Shown here in pieces: positions 39,890 through 53,839 of a stretch of DNA of 64,000 bases; positions within the stretch are counted from its first letter, which is position 1, and each line of letters begins with the position of its first letter. The stretch spans positions 261,139 to 325,138 of the forward strand of contig NMRA01000201.1 of the NCBI GenBank assembly GCA_002633005.1. The letters run 5' to 3'. The DNA comes from Phoronis australis (Eukaryota; Animalia; Phoronida). The translations under genes were made by a program, and so were the position numbers. The notes beneath the pieces are model-generated. The model saw only the letters and a program-made list of their open reading frames with translations. It had not been told where the DNA came from and did no database searches.

Positions 39890-40990
39890 ACAGTGGGTTG
39901 AAAAGGTGATAGGGGTGCTGTGGTGGTGATTACAAGATGCTTACGTGTGTGGTTTGATCAATTGTGCTGCACAGAGATGACTGGTATCAAGCACAATGAA
40001 AGTTGAATATTTTCATTTATGTTTTGTAGAATTTATTGCTCAGTATGTGGGGTTTATAGATTGTTATGCCTTCTCGCCCATTATTGTCTTTATCTAAACC
40101 CTCCTCAGATTTGGAAGATTTATCACCCTTGGGTTAATGGCCCTCAGGCTATAAATCGTCCAAATCCCAGCCTCGCCATGTTGGATTACTATCGGATTTC
40201 AAGCAGGTCATTCTTTATAGAATTGGAACAAAAGACAAGATTCAGGGTCATTATTAAGTTATCAAAATTTCTAGTGGTAATTTTCATATTTCTAGATTTT
40301 ATTGGATTGAACAGGTTAGATTCAGGGCCACGTTTTGTGTAAGTTGTTTGCTCAGTCCCATTCAAGACAATTGTTGTGGGTTGGTGACTTGAGTATTGTC
40401 ACAAAGAGCGGATACTATGATCCTGGAACTCATGGATTCTGTTTTCGTCAATTACTTTTCTTTTGGATAAATATTAAATGTTATTTCTTAATGTTGTATT
40501 TTAACATCTGTAACCTGATTGGAGCCTTATGTTGACTAAAAAATTGCAGTCATGTCAACTGCTGATCAATGATTCTTTGAAGAACATTGCACATTTCAGT
40601 TTCATGTTACTGATATTTGGTAGTCACGTCTGTGTAAAGTTTTACATGTAAGATGAATGTTCTAATATATTTGTACATATACTAGAAAGTGCAATACTAC
40701 AGTACGAGACAAACATAATCAGACAAAATACCATTCCCAGATCACGACAGCCAATGATGTTGCCTGCTAATGACTTAATATCAGAAAAATTCTAATTACA
40801 AAATGGCTTGGCCGTCTTTCTAACCTTCCTGTTAATTCACCTTGAAATTCATTCTCAGTCGTCACGAGAGGCGCTACTCTTCTGATGAATTTGGCTTTCG
40901 CCAAGTTGTCATGACATGGAATTCTGGGTCATTTGTGTGAATATTTTTGCCGTGTACTGTACGTGGTGAATAGAAAACACTGTCGTACCA

Positions 40991-41010
40991 ATTAAAGAAT
41001 GTCTAATAAA
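40991..41010 (+). terminator. Candidate WDR7 polyadenylation signals (ATTAAA, AATAAA)
   Basis: attaaa 40991 and aataaa 41005 followed by T/GT-rich sequence; motif only. Confidence 0.35.
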
Positions 41011-42441
41011 AGTAGTGGACATTTTTCTTGAGGTGTAGAGTTATTCTGAACTCGTCACCAGTTTCCAAAGAGCCATGACAATGTATCCTAGAAATTTCAT
41101 CTGAAAGTCTGGCCTTCACCTTAGTCATTTTCAAAAGAGGAGTACCTTGTCCTGTTACTCAGTAAAGTCTTTGCTCATTACTGTACTCATCTTGGTTAAT
41201 GCCAGGGTGCTGAATCTTGAAATTTAGTAATCATGGGTGGGTTTTAAGCCAAGCACAGGTACTTAAAAACGAAACTTTTGAGAAATCAGGAATGTGTATT
41301 TACGCGAATGGTCGATTCACTCTCAGTAATAGTGTCACCATCTGCAGAGTTTTTTCTGAGAAAGGTAAAATCCGACTTCCCTGAAGGGCTGAAATCATGA
41401 AAGTAGAACAACTGTGCCACAGAACTTTGTCCAAGATAACTGAAAATCTCACATATTGAATTTTTGTCCAAAACATGGATTTAGAATTTACCGTGCATCA
41501 TTCGCTACTTAGGTTGTTGCATGTATGACATGTCATTGGCAGATCTAGACCATTATGAGGGGGTTCCCTACAATACCAGGCGCACCCTAAGTCTGCTGTT
41601 AAAATCTTGCCAATCTAGGACACAGTATGGCCGACAAATGGCTTTTTTATCATTTTTTATAAAAATATCTAGCACCAGGATAATACTTTTCCACATTCAA
41701 GTTCTGCATCATAGCTTGGTCCCCCGACTTTGGAAAATGGGTGTGACATGGTGGTTCCCAGTTTTTGAAATTACCAGGATTTTTTGAGAAATGAAGGTAC
41801 CTTGAGGTTTCAAGGAATACATTATACTTGTGTGTACGAATGAGTATTCACGTTGGTTCATCATATTGACATCTGTATTCAAATTGTGAGTCTAACTTCA
41901 GTGATATGCAGAAAATGAGATGTAATCCAGTCTGTTGGTTCATTCAGATACTATATTTATTTTGGTCATGAGATTCCAGTGATGTGTAAATGAGTGTTTT
42001 CCATATTGCTTTTTACGCTTTCAACAAAATTATTTCCCATTTCTGCATTTCGAGATTCCTTTGATTTTAAGTAACCTTTTTGTGCTTTTGAGACTGTTTT
42101 TTCTATCTGAAGATTTCTTTTTCTCGTGGCTTTGGGAACCGTCATGCTGTCCTGTACGATACCGGAGTGTGCAGACCGGCTATCATAACTACTATGTGAC
42201 GTTTTGAGAAATTTTGAACATACATTACAATGTTATAAGCTCTCGAAAAATGAAAAAGGTCAGTTTTAGCAATCATATTTGTCAATAATTTGTGAGATTT
42301 CACTGTAAAGTACTTTGCGTTCTGAATGTCACGGAAATATGAAATGACTTGTGAATGATGTGCAGCCATGTGAAGACAAATTTAGAATGCCATGGCCATA
42401 ACTCTTCAACCAACCAATCACTACTAACCAAATTGAAAACA

Positions 42442-42466
42442 TTTATTAGTCTTACAAGTGTTTATT
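42442..42466 (-). terminator. Candidate polyadenylation signals of zinc-finger gene
   Basis: Two tttatt (minus-strand AATAAA) at about the point where base skew flips from T-rich to A-rich. Confidence 0.4.
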
Positions 42467-44459
42467 CACTGACTGCTTATGAACAGCCTAAAATGTACAC
42501 AGAATGATTGGTAATCTCTCATTTGATGAGAGCTCATAACTTGAGCGACTGAGTTCAATGGAATGTGCACAGCATTAAAATAATGGCTAATTTAGCATAA
42601 CATACGTTCACACACTTATTACTGGCATTTTAAAAAATTGACAAATTTCACTACACTGGCCCACCTCCATTATATAACCATGAAGGAAACCAGGTGCAAA
42701 ATAATTACACTAAATCATTTAAAAATTAGCCAAAAACTTCAAGAGATTTTTTTGAAAACTACTGCACCAATGTTTTCAACATCCATCTTTAACATCCTCT
42801 CCAGACAGAAACAAACCATAGAAATCCATTTATCACGGGCCAAAACATTGCAACAAACAGCCTGCTTAAATAACATCACGTCAAAATGCTAAACCTGCCC
42901 CACAGTATATTACTGGAAATATTGGGTGCTATTTGCAACAAGGCAAAAGGCAAATTCTATAACGACATAAAACAAACCTCAGTCAAATCCCCACATTTGC
43001 ACCTCCTATTAGCTAAAATCTACCAAACTGTTGAAACGCATTTAATCTAGGAGTTTGTTGAAAGCATTAAGCGGATTGAGTTACCACAATGCTTACATGT
43101 TGTCTGGACATTTTAGAAACAAGAAGCTTGATACTCAAAAGGTGGCGCTAGTGAAAGAACTGATACACAAATGCATGCATCCAAATAGTCGCAAGGAATG
43201 TCATTCCCAGCATGCCTTTGTGCAGGCAATCGACTTTCTGTGATGCGTTCCGCAACTGTAAGACATTCGCGAGACACTTGTGATGAGAAATTTTGGAATG
43301 GAAATATAGAGATTTTACTAATAGACTACTTCCATAATAGATACTTGAGGTGCGCTAGGGCAACAACAGTACTACCTGTAGAAATGCAGACATTCACTCG
43401 GGTAGTCATGTTGATGAATTGCTTTCTATCCACTTGCTGAATATAAAGTCAAAAAACACTCCAGCCTCGACAGCCTGTCATTTCAGTGGTTGCAATTTTG
43501 CTATGAATGCCAGGTAAGTCCGGAGCTTATTTACGAAATGCTGGCCTTCCACTTGTGTGATTTTTCGTCTTTCTTCCAGGAAACATTCCTTATGAAATGT
43601 TGCTAGCTATTATCATGGGATAATACAGAAGAGTACACTTTCTTCACTTACACCACCTAGTGGACATCTAAACTAATTCCTAACTACTTTTGCACAAACA
43701 TTTGGAAATAACAGTCTAAACTCTAAACTCAACCTGAAGTCTAATAACTTTCTCTAAGAATTTATTTTTAACACCTAATTCGAGAAAACCGTTTCTCACA
43801 AAAGGGATATCAATTTGCACAAATATAATTCCTAATTTCATATCCATTGGAATGTTCATATATAATATCACTTTAACAAGAAAAAATGAAAGAGATGAAT
43901 TGTAATTTAAGGAAAACATTAAGAGCAAGATATTTACATTAGAACTCCTATTATTCTTCACAATTCTGATATTGTATCCACATTAGGGTAATTATGAATT
44001 ACCATTATTCAAAATTCAAACAAAACAAAATAATTCAAGAAAGGAAACCAGTGTGAAAGAAAGGATCAATTTAACTTGGTTAAACCACACAAACTGCGCA
44101 AGTTTACAAGAAAGCGAAATTCGATCGTCATAAAATCATATGCAAACTCAAATGCTAACCCACAACTACTCAAAAGAACATTAAACCCAAATCATAAAAT
44201 GAAAGAATTAGCTGTCCAGTTTTAAAACCCAAAACTCTACTAACCGTCTAGTACTGCTTTAGCAAAGAATTTGGACCTCGTGAAGGAATACTTCCTTAAG
44301 TGAACCACCGTCTTCTACCATAAAACTGATGAGAAATCACATAGACACTGATCCCCGATATCCTTAACGCCAGTAGAATTTTTTCTTTATATTAACTACT
44401 AGATTTCCAACAACATGATTTGAACACCACAGACTGTAACACTATGTACCCACTTGTGG

Positions 44460-44653
44460 CTAAATGTGAGTCAAGTTGACTTTGTTGGCAAACAACTTGT
44501 TGCCGATGAGATGTTGCATTTCATGTTTTACCAGATGTTCAGACATGCTGAAGGCACGGTCGCAGAACTGACACACCCATTCCTTCTCCTTTACGTCACT
44601 TGTGACATCATTAGAAGTCACCGTCTGCTCCAGCAATGAAGGTGCAGAACTCT
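44460..44653 (-). CDS. Zinc-finger gene terminal exon (one further C2H2 finger)
   Basis: gttacag acceptor, phase 1 matching the upstream donor; ESSAPSLLEQ...WVCQFCDRAFSMSEHLVKHEMQH...THI-stop. Confidence 0.9.
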
Positions 44654-44983
44654 CTGTAACAAACATTGATTTTTACAGTAAAATCTCTTCAGGTTTAGCA
44701 CACAATACGAGAAGCGAATGAATTTTATTTTCAGTATCAGTAAAGGAATGATTTAACGATTCAAGTTTTGTACTGTAGGAACCACCTTACAATATGTTTT
44801 GCAAATTAATAAATATTCAAAAGATTAGTACTCCAACACAACCTACTGTGACACATACAACCACTGCAAAATTACAATGCTTCAATTTTTTTAATGAACA
44901 CTGGAGTGTGTCAGCTCAATAGTGAGACTCATACGGGTAAAGTTTAAGGAAAAACGAACTGAACAAGAATTTGATTAGATTAA

Positions 44984-45498
44984 AGGTCCTTTCACGCTAA
45001 TGTCGATGTGTCGATGTCTTGGGGAGTTGCGGTCAGTATGCATGGTTAATTTCAGTACTGGATCGAAGTTGACAGCACCAGTTAACTTTGCAGTAAACAG
45101 GTGATTTAACAGTGGAGTGTTGACACTGCGGTACAGTATGAAATGTCAACTTCAGTCGCGTCAAAGTTATCGCCAGCTACCACTGTTATCGTACAAGTTA
45201 AAGGGCAGTGTCGTCACAAATAGTTGCTTATATTTTGCTCGAATAATCACCAATCGAATTAGAAATGAGTTTTATGTCAATTAGTACATATAAAGTTCCC
45301 AAATTGCCTCATTAAAAAAATCGTAGCGTGAACGCGATGCATCTTCGCTACCTTGCAATTACTTTGATGACAACAGCATCACATGTCGTTTACTTCGATC
45401 TCCGTTAACTACCAAAGTTGGCATGAACAGTTCAGTTAACTTCGCAGTTTATGTCGATGTTCCGCTTACACTGGGGTTCAGTCAATATCAAAGGACCT
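44984..45498. mobile_element. Putative TTAA-type MITE in zinc-finger gene intron
   Basis: ttaa|aggtccttt ... aaaggacct|taaa; internal direct repeats gttaactt.gcagt and tgtcgatgt near both ends; CpG-richer than flanks. Confidence 0.6.
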
Positions 45499-46034
45499 TA
45501 AAAGCTGCACTCAAGCACGTATGGTGGTATTTAGCCATAAATTGTGCACTGCTATATATCACAACCACATTACTCTGCAGCACTTGTATTAAAGAACACT
45601 TATTTTTGCTTTCTTTCAGTAAAAGACTTCACAAATTTTAATGCAAAACAATTTTACACAAAGGAATTGTGTCAAAACTCAATCACGTCACAAATAATTC
45701 TTTTTGAACATTTTAACAAAGTTTAATAGAGACTCCTTTAAGTTTCATCTTTGAGTGTCAGGTCAAAATTTGGGTATGTTATATCCAACCATTTTTTAAA
45801 AGTGATGTAAATGACCCTGCAAAAAGGCCAGCATCTTATTATTTGTGCCTTCACTTCCTTGAGGAAGATCAAACACACTGACCGACGCACTACTGAACAG
45901 CAAAATGCAAGTCTTGAGCTGGGTCATGACGCATTTCTATTGTAGCCAAGGGCCAGGAGAATTGTGCTTAATCGTGAAGCATTTCTTTCCAAATATACTG
46001 TTTTTAATTCCTTCACACTCAGTATTCCACTCAC

Positions 46035-49000
46035 CTTTGTCGCCATCCTTGTTGAGATTGGTCGGTCCAGCGTTCACCTTCAGGACCTTGCTGTACTCAG
46101 CAAGGTCGATGAACTCCGGTTCTGACTTCTTCATCTCGTTCACCTCACTGGCTGTTGCGTGGAGTGGGACAGGTAGCTCCCCCTCCAGGTCCAGCAGATG
46201 GTTGTTAGCAAAGTGAATGTTCACGTGATTGGCGAGTAAATGCACTTTGGAGACGCTGTAGTCGCAGTAGGGACACTCAAACTCTTGCCGTATCACGTGC
46301 GACTTGAGGTGGCTCAGCAAGTGTTCTCGTGACGTGTTTGTGTAAGGACATCGGTCGCAGCGGTAGAGCTTCTTCGACTTCATGTCTCCATCAACGACAT
46401 TCTCAAAGAGTTCCAAGTGGTCATGGGTGTCAGCTACGGGCTCCCCCTTGTTGTCAGCAGCCAAACCACTGGTTATGGCAACGTCTGCACCAACAGAGGG
46501 CAGCTCCTGTAGGTTGTTGACTGACTGCGAGGCCAACAAGTTCTTATTGGGTAGTAGGTGTAGACGCATGTGCTGAATCAGCAGGTTGTGTGTGGGCACG
46601 GAGTAATCACAGTAGGAGCAGACGTAACGTTGTCTGCTGCAGTGGAGTAGGATGTGTCGTTCATATTGGTCACGCTTAGCAGACGCAAATGGACACTTCT
46701 CGCAGCAATACTTCTTGATGTTCGATGTCTGCAACACATGACGTTTCGTCTTGTCATTGTACCCGATACGGAATGATGACTCAGATGACAAGTCGAGCGA
46801 TGTCTTCACAGAATTAGCGAATACACTCCTGCCAGCTTGGTTCTTGCCACGTGGCTTGTTGGAATAGATAAGCCGAGGGTTGTAGCCAGGTTTGTGCACT
46901 TTGAGATGGTGCGCCATCAGGCCCATGTTGCCACAGTGGTAATCACAGAACTCGCACTTGAAGCGGTTTTCACCTTTTTTCCCATGCATTTCCTCGTGCA
47001 TGCGCACATTGACAGCGCGAGGGTTCCCATACGGACAATATTTGCACTGATGTATCAACATCGCGGACGGATGCAGAGAAGCACCACTGCCATCTGTGCC
47101 ATTAGCAGGACTTATGTCATGGCTTCCATTGGCCACCTCTTCACCATTAGGGAAGGCTACGACACCGAATCCAGGTTCGGAACCATTCTCTGCATGCTTG
47201 AACACAACCTCATCATCAACGGTTGATGGGGTTGGCGAAGGAGAATGTGATGTTCGCAGGACAACACTTCTGATCTTGGACTGTATCAGATGCTGTTTCA
47301 AAGCTGCTGTTTCAACTGCATTTGGATCGATGGTAATGGAGCTGCTGGAATCATTTGAGTGCTCTAGCAATGACGGAGGAATGGGTTTACCGTAATCAGG
47401 ATCGTGGACAACAACATGTTGCTGCAGCAGGGCCTTCACAGACACCCAGTAGTCACAGAAGTTGCACTTGAATGGAGCAGTTGTCTTAGGACGGTGGAAC
47501 TGCTTGTGATACATCAAGTCTCTCGCTGTCTTGCCGTAATACGGACATTTCTGACATTGCAAGTGTGCCAGCCTCTTTTCGGGAATGATTTTCTTACTCG
47601 GTGAAGGACGGGAAGCCTTGTAATGGCTGCCATCTGTGAGATGCAAGCGCACGTGCTGGTGGAGCAGACGTGCAGCACATACGTAATAGTTGCAGAACTT
47701 ACACTTGTACATGTTGCCTGGTGTGAACTTGTGGTGTGCCTTGTGCATCTTGAACATGCCTATCTTGTTGGACTGGTATGGACAGTGCTCGCACTGGTAT
47801 CGTAGATTGGGCCGAGAGCTGGATGCCGACACTGTCTCGTTGATAGCCTTAGTCGTGTTTGTGGCCGACTCTGGTCGGTAGGTCTGTATGGGCAGCAGTG
47901 TTGTGTACTTGTCGCATTCATACTCACGCTTGTCATGCTCAGTCATGATGTGCTCGTGGAGATCTACTTTACATGCAGAAAAGTCACACAAGGCGCAATG
48001 CAAAGACTCAGCTGTGGACGGCGATGTCTGTTCGTCACTGGCCACGTATACCAGGTTCTTCCTGCAGTAACTGTAGTCGTTCTTGCCATGTCTTGACCGC
48101 AGATGGCGGTAAGTAGCACTCAGGAAATTGAACTGCTGGCTACAAATCTTGCATGCATATGGACATGAGTGTTTCGGGTGAGAGCTGACCAGATGCTGCA
48201 TGGCTTCTGTCTTTTCAACTGCTGAAAACCCACACAGAACACACTTCCAGACTTTATGCACATCCTCCTCCTCCTTGACTCCACTTCTGCTGCCATTTTC
48301 AATGGAGGGACTGGGAGAAGAACGTTCACTGCTGTCCTTCCCATCTTGCTCTGTCATCTTGGAACCCATGACGACCTTGACCTCTCCTTGTCCATTGTGC
48401 TCCTGGTCCAAATGCGAAGCAATGCTGGTATGCCACTTGGACATGTGCGTGCACAGTGAACACATATATTGCTGACATAGAGGCACTGCCGTTGACCCTG
48501 GATGTACATTGCGAATATGTTTACGCAGGTCCCACAGCCAACGAGAGCGTCGGGAACACAGAGGGCATTTGAATGGTCGACTATCTTTCTTGAACTGACT
48601 TTGTAGAGTCACAAAAGCATTGCTGTCTTTGTGGTCGTTGGTCACATGCTGCGACACTTCCAACTTGTGTGTGGACTTGAACTCACAAATGGAACAGACA
48701 AAAGGCCATGTGCCCTCTTCAACAAATGTGACAGCAGACTCTTCTTCAGGTACCGACTTGCTATTGAGTTTGGTCGGTGACTTTTCAACATCGCCGCTAA
48801 AGATAACCTCAGCATTACCCTCGCCATGTTTAGTACGTATGTGCTTGCGAATGTCAGCCTTCCAGTTGGACCGCTGGCCACAATCAGAACACTTGTACAG
48901 TTTTGCTGGAGGCTGTTCTTTCCTGAGATCAAAGGCCCGCGCAAGACCCTTGTGGACATCACGGGAATGTAGCTGTATTTGGACAACATCATCATGTTCA

Positions 49001-51501
49001 AAATCACACAGTGAACACCTGTAAATGGGGGAAACAAGATCAAAACTGACCTCTGACGACGGTGTTGATGGCTGGCCATCTGAAGCTGTGCTTTGAGCTG
49101 ATGGAGCTGGCGACCACGCCTTCTTCGCAGTTGGATTGGCCAATAGGTATTCGTCTATTGTTGCCTTAGCTTCCTCGATATCCATCTCGACTACTGGTTT
49201 CAGCAAGCAGCCTGCATGTGCTGACCGCATGTGCTTGACAACGTCCCATTTCCAGTTGGAACGTTTGCCGCAATGGCCGCACTGGAACGGCTTGATGTTG
49301 TCATGTGTGGTCAGATGGGCACGCAACTTGGACTGGGCATGTGTCAGGTAGGAGCATCTTGGACACTTCCACTTCCCCGGTGCTATCTGGTACTTCTCAA
49401 GGGAACTATCCGGGTCACCTGCTAATACCTCCCTTGGAGTAGAAGTAGATTCCTTGGAGGTAGGTAATGGAGTGGACTCTTTTGAAGCAGGAACTGGAGT
49501 GGTCTCTTTGAAAATGGGCACAGGAGTGGTTTCTTTGGAGCTTGGCATGGGAGTTGACTCTTTAGAGCTGCCACCGGATATTGATCCAGCTGGATCTAAA
49601 CATCTGTCGATAATGTCTTCTAGAGGAACAATCTCCATACTCAGATCCTCTGCATGTTGATACTCCAGATGTGTCTTCATGTTCAGGTATGTTTTGTGAA
49701 GCTCTGAACAGTACACACAGTTGAACTCGACTTCGGGGTGACATTCAAAATGTGATGCATACATCTTCTTGCTAACGGTTACATACGAACATAAAGGACA
49801 TATGTAGGACTTTGCAGACTTATCAAGAGACTGGTACTCACTGGCATGAGCCTTCTTCATGTGAACATTAAGGTCACCTTGGTACTTGTACATTCGGCCG
49901 CAGAACTGACAGGAGAAACGCCTGTTCATGGAATGCACCTTTAAATGGCGGCGTAAATCGCTGGGCCACTTAGCAACATATGAGCAATACGTACACTTTA
50001 AAGACAGAAGTGATTGGCCAGACACAGGTGTACTCTCTTCAGAAGAAGCGCGGGGGCGCTTCATGCCGACCTCAACCCTATCTTCTTCTATCATTGGTCT
50101 TTTCTGGCTTTCGTTGCTCACAACATGGACTTCCTGTTGGTGCTCTATTTCATGTGCTGTAGCCACTTCTTGGTCTGGCTCTTGGAATACTTGACTGACA
50201 TGAGAGTCAAGATGTTTCAACAGAGATTTCATGGTTCTGGCTTCGTAGCCACATTCACCACAAACAAGTTCCCCTGGTCCAGCTCGTGGTTCATCACCAT
50301 CTTCATCTTCATCGTCCTCATCCTCATGCTCACAACTATTGCTTCCATTACCATCTTTATCATTCAGTTGGACTGCTTTCCTGTTTTCAGCATCAAGCTT
50401 TTCTTCATGGGCATCTGGACTCAAATTATTATTATTAATTGCCGTGGGAATGTTAGGTTTAAGGATTGAATACCCTCCAGCAAGAATTTCTTCCTTACCA
50501 CCCTGGGAACCAGAAGCTTCGGTGATGAGCAATGCAATTGGTCCCTTACTCTTGTGGTACTGGCCCATGTGGCGGTGGACGGCTGACTCCGTTGAGGATG
50601 TGAAGGAGCAGTAGAAACACTTGTGACTGCCATCCTGCTTGGTATGACTGGCCATGTGACGCTCGTAGTTACGTTTCTTGTCTGTTGTATAGTCGCACTC
50701 TATACAATGGAACTGGGCGTCCTGGCTAGACGTGTGCATTGAACGATGCTTGAAGTACTCATGTCGGTCATACGAAGAAAAGTCACACGTATCGCATGAG
50801 TACTGTCGCACGTTTGATGAGTGCATGCGTTTCACATGATTGGTCAGGTTTTCTGACGAATCACTGGCATATGAGCACACTTTGCACAGGTACATGTCTT
50901 GCCCATTGCAGGTCGTCTTCATGAAACGTCCGAGAGCAAAGTCTGTCGTCACTGGTGGCTGCGATTCATCATCACCACCAACAGCTGTGGGAATCCCACG
51001 CTGCTGTTGGCCACCAGACACACGTCGAATACGTGTCACAATTGATGGCTTCCTCTTCGACTTGGTAGATACGAACTCCTCAACGGCATTGACAAGCTTT
51101 GAATGATGCACTAGTCTGGTATGTCGTTCCAACTTGTGTCGGTACTTGGATGCATAGTCACACTTGTCGCACTGCCAAATAGACAACTTCTCGCCGTGCA
51201 CGTGGGCCTTGTGTTGAAGAAACTGGCGAGGCTTGATAGTGGCGAAGTCGCAGTGGTCCACTTCACAGACGTAATTCCGCGAGTACTGACGCGATCGTTC
51301 CGGGTCCTTATTCTTCTTGTGGGATGACGTTGGCTTCCCCACACCACTGGCCAGCCTCGGAGATGAAGAGGATGAGGATGAACTGCACAGGTTAACATGG
51401 CGCTGGAACAGCACCTCGTTTCGTGTGGTGAAACTGCAGCTAGAACAAGCCTTCTCCTCTTTCTTTGGTCTTGTGAATGGAAGCTTCAAGGCAAATGACA
51501 T
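46035..51501 (-). CDS. Large multi-C2H2 zinc-finger protein, main exon (about 32 fingers)
   Basis: Uninterrupted 5.6 kb ORF with repeated CxxC-x12-HxxxH motifs. Acceptor tttctattgcag precedes 51532, first in-frame ATG is at 51501, donor aaag|gtgagt after 46035. Start codon is uncertain because the frame is open back to the acceptor. Confidence 0.93.
49440..49570 (-). repeat. Coding 27-bp (9-aa) repeat SKE[ST]TP.P. x5
   Basis: SSKESTPMPSSKETTPVPIFKETTPVPASKESTPLPTSKESTSTP in the 1878-aa ORF. Confidence 0.85.
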
Positions 51502-53839
51502 CGTTCCTCTGATCAGTGGCCAGTCAACAGCCCTGCAATAGAAACAGGAATACAATTTATATTGATAGGTCATTGATTATCTTTCTTTTTTAATACCTGT
51601 TTAACAACAATGATCTGTTCAGTGCTCAGCACTCTTTTCCATATATCGTTGATACATTCACTCACATTCAGGCTCTCAAAGTACAAAGTCTTGGTCAAAA
51701 TATCATGATTTATAGCTACACACAGCTATTGTGCTGGTAATCCTCATTAATAGTGCCTGTCATAAACAAAATCAGCGACAACTGCACTATCTGTGATGAA
51801 CTGCGATGCATCGCTGTTACTATTAACAGTAGTTTAAGACTATTACAGAGGGTCACCGACACCGTAGCTCCACCATGGACTATAAATACCAGAGTGACAC
51901 CGCAGGGCCACCGCGCAAGCTACCGTAGTGATCCCTAGGCATCCAAGAGTACCCGTGACAACTACCAACAAAATTTCTCATGCATACGGTAATTAGTTCG
52001 AAGTCTTGAGAACATCTGTTGTTGTCAGTTTTTTCACCAAAGCACTACAGTTTTCCTACAACTTTTCAAAATGCGATAAAATTGGACACACCAAAATTCA
52101 CCGAGGACAGTGCCACGACAGTGTGACTTAGGCCCTACTGTCGAGTACACAAAGAAGCAATGCTCACTGTTCCACTATTAGTTTGAAATGAACTAACATT
52201 TAGCAATATCATATTTCACCACACCTAACCATAAGCAGTTCAGAGTTCATTTACAAACAAAAATTGTTATTACTTATGATCATATCTAGGCAGTCTCCCT
52301 CACAGCTTTTTATTTATTCAACATATATAGTTAACTATAAACAAAACATAGAACATTTCTGAATGAAAAATCATGTCTTTTAGTTTAATTATCTACTTTC
52401 TGATACAAAGCTAATCCATTTCAATCAAGGGTCACACTTACAATAGTTAGCAAGAAACATAGGTTCCAACTGCCCTTTGCAAATACCACATGCAAGGTAT
52501 TGCAGCATCAAATATTCAGGTAAAACATTGATCAAAACAAATGTATTGATTCGAAAGAACTCAACCTTGTTGGATTATCAAACTGTACACATGGTGAAAC
52601 ACTGGAAGTGGTTCATGCTCTCCAGGTAGCCTAAAGGATATTGATCAAACGGATACTTCCCTCAACTGGACGTAGAAAGCAGACACCAATATAGGCTTCA
52701 ACAACCGGCATGACAAACAATTTAAAACACACTTCCTGTAAGTGTCAACCAGGCTAAATTGCAAACATTACAGATCCACCATATGGTGCAAAAATAAAAC
52801 CGAAATGGTCCAGTCCGTCTAAAGCACTGTTATCAAACACATGATTTTTCAACCGGATAAACTAGAGATACTAAAATAGGTGTAAGAAACTGGGTGAGAA
52901 GCCACCCAACATGCTTCCTGCACTGTGTAAGTGTCTTGCCCCAATAGCTCTGAAAACGGACTCCATCAATTCATACCAACAGCAGAGTGTAAAAAGGAAA
53001 CAGGACTAAAATAGGTGACATTTGTAGGCATGAAAATAATATTCAATAACTAAAAAACTGTACATTGGTCTTTGAGAAGTCAGTTTCCACTATCTTTGTT
53101 TTTGTCATGTAAATAAGTAGCAGATTTTCAAAAAGTAGAAAAAATTTTATGACTTGATCAAGAGCTGAAATAATTACGGCTTTGTCTAAACATTTTCACT
53201 TGACAACAAGGCATCTCCCATGCTACAAACCCAACTAAAGCACAGAACACGATATTAATGTCTCAGTTGTCAACTATGAGACCACCAACAATCCATGTAG
53301 TCATCAGCTGCCATCCACATTTGGCTAAATTGAGACACATTAATTATGGACATGGCAGTGACAGAAAAATGAGAGCTGAATGGAAAATCAATGCGTTGGC
53401 TGTTGGCCCATTTAGCTTCCATTTCTCAAGCTGCACCAACGGTCTTATGGCACTCGAGCGTATGATAGCTGAAGCAAACTACAACAAAGTGATACATGCA
53501 CATATCAGGGCTGGGTTGCAAAAAACTTCAAAGTTATCCGCTGAATCTGGTACATTGTTTAACAATAACAACACGGCACGTGATAATACGACATCGTTGT
53601 TGCTGTACGGTGTATAACTTTTATGCAACCGGGCCTTGAATAAGTCACCTGCAGCACTAATTAGGTTCACACTGGAATACATTTGGGTCAGCGGACGTTG
53701 ATCTTTCCGTTAAAGCATTTAATGAACTTCCTTCAGTAATTAGTTTCAGTGTGTCATTAGGAATGCAAAGGAGCCATATTACACAACGAAAAGAAGAAAG
53801 TTCTACTCCAAAACAACTTTTTAAAAGAGAGCGCCGTAT

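Noticed and set aside
40055-40200. Possible Crypton-like repeat fragment (atcacccttgggttaatggccctcagg)
   Set aside because: Only vague motif resemblance, no second copy or defined ends in the window.
46329-51541. Many plus-strand and alternate-frame ORFs over the zinc-finger exon
   Set aside because: Antisense or frame shadows of a long GC-richer coding exon; no recognisable domains.
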